This document shows positions 61,545 through 64,000 of a stretch of 64,000 bases of DNA, piece after piece. Positions within the stretch are counted from its first letter, which is position 1. Every line of letters begins with the position of its first letter. The stretch lies in contig DASSTS010000050.1 in assembly GCA_035707805.1 (NCBI GenBank), positions 15,492-79,491 of the forward strand. Reading direction: 5' to 3'. Source of the stretch: Castellaniella sp. GTDB taxonomy: Bacteria; Pseudomonadota; Gammaproteobacteria; Burkholderiales; Burkholderiaceae_B. The notes under the pieces are model-generated. The model worked only from the letters and a program-made list of their open reading frames with translations, made no database searches and had not been told where the DNA came from. Position numbers and translations under genes: made by a program.

Positions 61545-61576
61545 ATCGGGCATGCTTTCTCAGGCATGCCCGATTT
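61545..61576 (+). terminator. Hairpin after piuC
   Basis: ATCGGGCATGC-N8-GCATGCCCGAT, a perfect 11-bp stem followed by TT. Confidence 0.55.
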
Positions 61577-61675
61577 GCATTTCCGGGGCGCTGGATGCGC
61601 CTTGCCGGTCGAGAGCCCCGGCTCCTCCAGTTTCCCGACAATATTTCAATAAGTACTATATTCCAGTATCATAAG

Positions 61676-61930
61676 ATGAAAACCAGAAATCAAAGGACCC
61701 TGGCGCTGATCTTTTCCCGCCCAGCGCCTGCCGGAGTCCGCTGGCTCGATGTCACGGCGCTCCTGCTCGAACTGGGGGCCCAGATCACGGAACGGGAAGG
61801 CTCCCGCGTCGCCATCTTTCTCTTCGGGCAGGTCAAGGTGATGCACCGCCCGCATCCGTCCCCTTACATGGACAAAGGCGCCGTCACATCACTGCGAAAG
61901 TGGCTGGAAGAAAATGGAGTGTGTCAATGA
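61676..61930 (+). CDS. hicA: HicA family toxin
   Basis: 84 aa; TLALIF..P, EREGSRV and HRPHP signature; ATGA-coupled to hicB. Confidence 0.85.
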   Translation: MKTRNQRTLALIFSRPAPAGVRWLDVTALLLELGAQITEREGSRVAIFLFGQVKVMHRPHPSPYMDKGAVTSLRKWLEENGVCQ

Positions 61931-62313
61931 AGAACATCATGAGGATTGCCGGCCATCCGGCCGCCATCAGCTATGACCCGGACACCGAGATGCTGCGGGG
62001 GGAGTTCATCGGCCTGAACGGTGGCGCGGACTTTTACGCGGCCGACATTGCCGGCCTGCACCGCGAAGGCGAACTGTCCCTGCGGATCTTCCTGGATGAA
62101 TGCGCCCGGCACGGGGTAGAGCCCCGGAAGCATTTTTCGGGCAAGCTGGTCTTGCGGATCACGGCTGAAACCCATGAGGCCGCTGCGCTGGCGGCAGCCG
62201 CCGACGGTGCCAGCCTGAATCAGTGGATTGCACAGGCCATCCGCGACGCTTTGCATCCTCGTCGTCTTCACGACGGCAAGCGCATCGAGGATACTCACGC
62301 CCTGCCAATCTAG
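61927..62313 (+). CDS. hicB: HicB family antitoxin
   Basis: RGEFIGLNGGADFYA, FSGKLVLRI and SLNQWI (RHH). Confidence 0.87.
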   Translation: MKNIMRIAGHPAAISYDPDTEMLRGEFIGLNGGADFYAADIAGLHREGELSLRIFLDECARHGVEPRKHFSGKLVLRITAETHEAAALAAAADGASLNQWIAQAIRDALHPRRLHDGKRIEDTHALPI

Positions 62314-62606
62314 GTATGAAACCGGCACTGGACAATGTACAGATTACCGTCCTCAGGCAAATACACCAGCCGATGCTCCCGGTCGACCCGGCGCGACCAA
62401 TAGCCGCTCAGGCTGCCTTTCAGCGGTTCCGGCTTGCCCGATCCTCGAAACGGGTCGTGCAGGCATTCCCGGATCAGGTCATTGATCCGGGCCAGTTTCT
62501 TTGCATCCGTGCATTGCCAATGCAGATAGTCTTCCCAGGCCCCGTCAGTCCAGCACAGCAGGTCGGCCTTGGCGCTTTGCTTGTTCTTCTGCTTGGGGCT
62601 CGTCAT
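62310..62606 (-). CDS. yoeB: Txe/YoeB family toxin
   Basis: AWEDYLHW, GKPEPLKG.LSGYWSRR and EHRLVY motifs. Confidence 0.92.
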   Translation of the reverse strand: MTSPKQKNKQSAKADLLCWTDGAWEDYLHWQCTDAKKLARINDLIRECLHDPFRGSGKPEPLKGSLSGYWSRRVDREHRLVYLPEDGNLYIVQCRFHT

Positions 62607-62856
62607 GGGACATCAGGCTCCGGACATGGGTACGGCCCGTGTTGACCTGCCGGATGGCGTCGCCGAGGCGTTCGGCGTTCTCGGGGCTGCTCAGCAGGTA
62701 TAACGTTTCTTCGATGCTATTGAAATCCGCGAGTGACAACATCACCACATGATCGCCCCGCTGGCGGGTGATGACCGTGGGCTGATGGTTGTCGCACACG
62801 TCGTCCATCGCCTGTTTCAGGCCGGCCCGCGCCTCTGTGAAGGTCAAAACCTGCAT
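62545..62856 (-). CDS. yefM: YefM/Phd family antitoxin
   Basis: TFTEAR, PTVITRQRG, VMLSL and EETLYLLSSPENAERL motifs; AGGGA RBS. Confidence 0.92.
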   Translation of the reverse strand: MQVLTFTEARAGLKQAMDDVCDNHQPTVITRQRGDHVVMLSLADFNSIEETLYLLSSPENAERLGDAIRQVNTGRTHVRSLMSHDEPQAEEQAKRQGRPAVLD

Positions 62857-62913
62857 GCTGTTCCCTTGCTGCCCGTGATCGGTTTGCTCGGCGCGCCCCA
62901 TGGGGGCGCACCA

Positions 62914-62935
62914 TCATTGTACCTAACTTTGTACC
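62914..62935 (-). promoter_or_regulatory. yefM-yoeB operator/promoter
   Basis: Two TGTACC hexamers 12 bp apart (62918, 62930), resembling the TGTACA pair of yefM-yoeB operators; minus-strand TACAAT -10 overlaps them. Confidence 0.65.
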
Positions 62936-62963
62936 GATCCTGAAAAGCGCCAGCGCCGGCAAT

Positions 62964-63017
62964 CCGGGCCTTCAGACAAACCGGGCCTTCAGTGCTGCCT
63001 GCGAATTCAGTGCTGCC
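62964..63017. repeat. Interlocking 12-bp direct repeats at the serB 3' end
   Basis: CCGGGCCTTCAG at 62964 and 62981; TTCAGTGCTGCC at 62988 and 63006. Confidence 0.7.
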
Positions 63018-63858
63018 GCCGGAACCAGTTCAGCACCGCGTCCAGGGGGCTGACGTCCAGGGCGAAACGCGCCTGGGCGCGCACGATGGGCTTGGCGCGA
63101 TAGGCCACCGAATAATGCGCCAGCGCCATCATCGGCAGGTCGTTGGACCCGTCGCCCAGCACGATGATCTGTTCGGGCGACGCATCCAGCGACTGCGCCA
63201 GGGCCTGCACATGCCGGGCCTTGGCGGCGCCGTCCACGATGTCGCCCAGCACCTGCCCCGTCAGCACGCCGTCGGCGACCTCCAGCACGTTGGCGTGTGC
63301 CTCGTCCAGGGCCAGTCCGCGGCGCAGCCGTTCGGTGAAAAAGGTGAAGCCGCCCGAGACCAGGATCGTCTTCAGGCCGTGCGAACGCGCGGTCTCGATC
63401 AGTTTTTCCGCGCCGGGGTTCAGGCGCAGGCGCTGGGTGAAGACCTGTTCCAGCGCGGACTCCGGCACGCCTTTCAGCAGCGCCGCGCGGCGGCGCAGGC
63501 TCTCGGCGAAATCCTTGATCTCGCCGCGCATGCTGGCCTCGGTGATCGCGGCGACCTCCGCCTTGCGGCCGATGGCGCCGGCGATCTCGTCGATGCACTC
63601 GATGTTCACCAGCGTCGAGTCCATGTCCATGGCCAGCACCCTGCAATCGGCCAGGCGGTGGACGGTGTCCAGCCAGGCGGCGTCGATATGCGCGGCCTGC
63701 GCCATGGGCAGCACCTCGTCGCGCGTCGAGGCATCGACGTTCAGCAGGCGGATCGCCGTGGGGCTCAGTTCCTGCACGCCCTCGGCGCAGGCCACCGCCG
63801 CCAGCCGTTCGACGTCCGCCCCCAGCAGGCGGGGCGCCTGCAAGATAATATGTGCCAT
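63007..63858 (-). CDS. serB: Phosphoserine phosphatase
   Basis: HAD motifs DMDST, ECIDE, SGGF, K and GDGSND. Confidence 0.95.
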   Translation of the reverse strand: MAHIILQAPRLLGADVERLAAVACAEGVQELSPTAIRLLNVDASTRDEVLPMAQAAHIDAAWLDTVHRLADCRVLAMDMDSTLVNIECIDEIAGAIGRKAEVAAITEASMRGEIKDFAESLRRRAALLKGVPESALEQVFTQRLRLNPGAEKLIETARSHGLKTILVSGGFTFFTERLRRGLALDEAHANVLEVADGVLTGQVLGDIVDGAAKARHVQALAQSLDASPEQIIVLGDGSNDLPMMALAHYSVAYRAKPIVRAQARFALDVSPLDAVLNWFRRQH

Positions 63859-63914
63859 GAATCCCGGTCTCCGCAATGATGCGCGGCCATTTTACCTGCC
63901 TCACCGACGAACAA

Positions 63915-64000
63915 ATGGACGACATGGCCTCTCCCGATCCGCTCGACGCCCAGGACTACGCCGACCTCGCCCGCGCCCGCCTGCCCGCCGCCACCTGGGC
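63915..64000 (+). CDS. Probable FMN-dependent alpha-hydroxy acid oxidase, N-terminus only (runs off window)
   Basis: MDDMASPDPLDAQDYADLARARLPAATW resembles the DY...AR..LP...W start of this family. Only 28 codons are visible. Confidence 0.5.
   Translation, partial: MDDMASPDPLDAQDYADLARARLPAATW

Larger units (their letters stand above)
50955..63006. other. Accessory island between mfd and serB (iron uptake genes plus three TA pairs)
   Basis: Interrupts core genes; TA modules at both ends; visibly AT-richer codons in the TA genes and TBDR1. No integrase or transposase seen. Confidence 0.6.

Noticed and set aside
61652-61672. hicAB operator TACT-N7-AGTA
   Set aside because: Only a 4-bp arm in an AT-rich promoter; too weak to list as a feature.
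50955-63006. Prophage, ICE or integron interpretation of the island
   Set aside because: No integrase, transposase, phage genes, tRNA target or convincing attC/att pair is visible.
62964-63017. Mini CRISPR array
   Set aside because: Repeats are 12 bp with 5-6 bp gaps, only two copies each, and there are no cas genes.

Overview
A GC-rich betaproteobacterial chromosomal segment, most likely Alcaligenaceae (inferred from the Bordetella-like risA-risS-ahpC-ispF-ispD-mfd-serB and smc-zipA-ligA gene order). About 57 CDS are supported; no rRNA, tRNA, CRISPR array, integrase or transposase is visible. 1-31.9 kb is accessory metabolism and signalling: Fe-ADH plus M81 peptidase; an IMPase/PhnS2-like ABC/DeoR unit; ovothiol synthase ovoA between two c-di-GMP enzymes; a cystine-type ABC transporter; MocR-DMT; ung; azlCD; yajQ; and a LysR/CoA-transferase/TRAP/crotonase unit. 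31.8-51 kb is core genome (ligA, zipA-like, smc, lplT, UDG4-like, a tsaB-rimI fusion, risAS, ahpC, ispFD, mfd). A ~12 kb accessory block lies between mfd and serB. It is bracketed by three toxin-antitoxin pairs and carries two TonB-dependent receptors, each preceded by a copy of the same 49-bp promoter/Fur-box element, plus an MFS permease and an oligopeptidase-B-like enzyme with a rewired S1 pocket. That module is the best candidate for an undescribed system (iron-regulated peptide/metallophore import and hydrolysis). The second candidate is a catalytically degenerate family-4 UDG with a Pol III psi (HolD)-like N-terminal peptide, encoded next to rimI. All calls come from motif recognition by eye; no database searches were run.
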